From contig DASXOF010000133.1 in assembly GCA_036494495.1 (NCBI GenBank), positions 3,315 through 67,314 of the forward strand: DNA of 64,000 nucleotides, in the 5' to 3' direction. Shown one piece after another: positions 62,716 through 64,000 of the stretch. Both the position numbers and the translations under genes were made by a program. This DNA is from Solirubrobacterales bacterium (GTDB taxonomy: Bacteria > Actinomycetota > Thermoleophilia > Solirubrobacterales > 70-9). Every line of letters begins with the position of its first letter. Position 1 is the first letter of the stretch. The notes beneath the pieces are model-generated. The model was not told the DNA's origin. It saw only the letters and a list, made by a program, of their open reading frames with translations, and did no database searches.

Positions 62716-63455
62716 CACGCTGCCCTGGCGGTCAGCTCGGCGGCGAGATGGTCGACGAGCTCCTCGCCGCCGACCCGCAGGTCGGGCATGGGGTGGGCTC
62801 CGGCGAACCGCCACTCGCCGCCGCCGTTCAGGTGCAGCTCGACCCCGAGGACGTCGGCGCCGCTCAGCTCGGCGAGGCGCAGGCAGGCCTCGCTCGCCGC
62901 GCCCGGCGGCGCGGCGCCGAACACCGCCCCGCAGGCGACGACCACGTTGCAGTCGGGGATCACCCACCTGGCGCCGTGCCCGTTCTGGTCGTCGGGAACC
63001 CGCACCGCTGGCACCGGCAGCCCCGCCCGGGCAGCGAGCGCGTGCCACTGCAGCGAGTCGAGACTCGGCCCCGAAAGGGCGAACGGGACAGGCCGGTTGA
63101 GGACCGGCCCCGGCATCGCCGTCAGCCAGCTGAGGAAGAGCGCCGAGACCTCCTGCATCGCGTACTCGCGTTCCTCCTCGTGGGACACCGCGAGATGGCC
63201 CATCGGCGGGTGGACGATGCGGTTGAGCATGCCGCGCACCCGGTCGCTGGAGATCGTCCGCCCGTCCGCCACCTCGATCCGCACCGAGGGCTCGCCAGCG
63301 CCCAGCCGGTGCTCGATCGCGGTGGAGCAGGCGAGGCTCTCGGCGCTGACCACCTCGACCGGGTCGAGCCCGCGGCTGCGGAGGCCGCGGGCAACCCAGA
63401 GAGCAGCTTCGTCGCCGGGATGGCAGGCGATCAGCCACATCGCGCTGCCGCTCAA
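62715..63455 (-). CDS. second, divergent ATP-grasp-like/partner protein
   Basis: The 246-aa product carries SLQWHALAARAGLPVP and LGVELHLNGGGEWRFAGAHPMP. TTG 63455 overlaps the upstream stop; the alternative start is ATG 63440. Confidence 0.5.
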   Translation of the reverse strand: MSGSAMWLIACHPGDEAALWVARGLRSRGLDPVEVVSAESLACSTAIEHRLGAGEPSVRIEVADGRTISSDRVRGMLNRIVHPPMGHLAVSHEEEREYAMQEVSALFLSWLTAMPGPVLNRPVPFALSGPSLDSLQWHALAARAGLPVPAVRVPDDQNGHGARWVIPDCNVVVACGAVFGAAPPGAASEACLRLAELSGADVLGVELHLNGGGEWRFAGAHPMPDLRVGGEELVDHLAAELTARAA

Positions 63456-64000
63456 GCCTCAGACAGCTTGGTGTCGGCCGCCACCTTGGAGCGCATCGCG
63501 GCCGCCGCTTCTTCACCGAGCTTGGGCGCGTCCGGCTCGTTCGTCAGCGCACCTTCGCTCAGGTCGGGCCTGAGCTTGGGATCGATGAAGTGCGAGACCA
63601 GGTTCTCGAGTCGCGTCAGGCGCTGGTCGAGGCCGCCCTCGCCGGTGACCTTCCCCTGTCGGCGGAACATCTTTTCGGGGGTGTCCTGATAAGGCTGCTT
63701 CTGGTCGGGGAACTCGATCTTCTCGTACTTTTCGTCCTTCGTGTCCTTCGTGTCCTTGACTTCCTTGCCGTCCTGCTCGCCCTTCTCGTCCTTGCGCTCC
63801 TTGTCCTTGTCCCCCTTCTCGTCCTTGGTGTCTTTGTAGTCCTTGTCGTCCTTTTCCTGCTTCGGTGCCTCGGCCGGCTCGCCCTTCTCGTCCTTCTCGA
63901 ATTTCTCCCGCTTCTCGTCCTTGTCTTTCTGCTCTCCCTTGGCCTCCTTCTCGCCCTTGTCCAGCTTTTCCTTGCCCCATTCCGTCTCGTCGGTGAGCGC
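63452..64000 (-). CDS. Lys/Asp/Glu/Thr-rich protein, partial (N-terminus beyond window); candidate ATP-grasp substrate/precursor
   Basis: The frame of track ORF 63452..63670 stays open with high GC3 up to the window edge. It reads ...KDYKDTKDEKGDKDKERKDEKGEQDGKEVKDTKDTKDEKYEKIEFPDQKQPYQDTPEKMFRRQGKV...LTRLENLVSHFIDPKL...RSKVAADTKLSEA. A 72-aa product from ATG 63670 is the alternative. Confidence 0.5.
   Translation of the reverse strand, partial: ALTDETEWGKEKLDKGEKEAKGEQKDKDEKREKFEKDEKGEPAEAPKQEKDDKDYKDTKDEKGDKDKERKDEKGEQDGKEVKDTKDTKDEKYEKIEFPDQKQPYQDTPEKMFRRQGKVTGEGGLDQRLTRLENLVSHFIDPKLRPDLSEGALTNEPDAPKLGEEAAAAMRSKVAADTKLSEA

Noticed and set aside
63513-63980. A 155-aa minus-strand ORF translating to GQGKAGQGREGGQGRAERQGREAG....
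   Set aside because: This is an alternative frame of the triplet-periodic K/D/E tract. It has lower third-position GC than the K/D/E frame and is not contiguous with the downstream conserved part, so it is a frame artefact.
63680-64000. Short periodic repeats at the right edge as a possible CRISPR array or tandem DNA repeat.
   Set aside because: The periodicity is 3-nt codon-level and imperfect. There are no 25-40-nt direct repeats separated by unique spacers. The pattern is explained by a low-complexity coding region.

Overview
This is a 64-kb window of a very GC-rich bacterial chromosome (about 70% GC by eye). Gene content and style fit Actinomycetota, possibly a Thermoleophilia or Rubrobacteria-like lineage; that placement is inference only. 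I support about 75 CDS, one tRNA, one probable frameshifted gene and several palindromic or regulatory elements. Most of the long Arg/Pro/Gly-rich ORFs in the six-frame track are antisense or out-of-frame artefacts of the high GC content. Many true starts lie internal to the listed ORFs and are fixed by 4-nt stop/start overlaps (ATGA, GTGA, TTGA).

Gene order:
- pstS'CAB, followed by a coupled lipoprotein, two zinc-ribbon proteins and a phosphoesterase-like gene; then greA.
- A frameshifted DUF389 gene, then RDD, NUDIX, TetR and USP genes.
- A minus-strand, tRNA-led operon (11435-19789) of seven translationally coupled genes: ArgRS paralog, fused PabAB aminodeoxychorismate synthase, GNAT, deacetylase, chorismate-mutase-like protein, P450 and flavin monooxygenase. 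A PQQ-propeller lipoprotein follows.
- An amino-acid ABC transporter, a C-S lyase-type aminotransferase and an amidohydrolase.
- lspA, tag, homocysteine methyltransferase and lgt.
- An orphan family-5 substrate-binding protein, an RTX-like beta-roll protein and SDR genes.
- An OmpR/HK two-component system followed by a heme-b-like membrane protein, ApbE and a ferric-reductase-like module.
- A DosR-like block: ADH, flavodoxin, two NarL regulators, USPs and a GAF kinase fused to an ABC-2 exporter operon.
- mntH, a ZIP transporter, a second SQR-like gene, htrA and a GH5 glycosidase.
- At the right edge, a graspetide-type ATP-grasp pair coupled to a Lys/Asp/Glu/Thr-rich ORF that runs off the window.

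The two best candidates for undescribed biology are the tRNA/ArgRS-paralog/ADC-synthase operon and the ATP-grasp locus. No CRISPR array, transposase, integrase or rRNA was seen.
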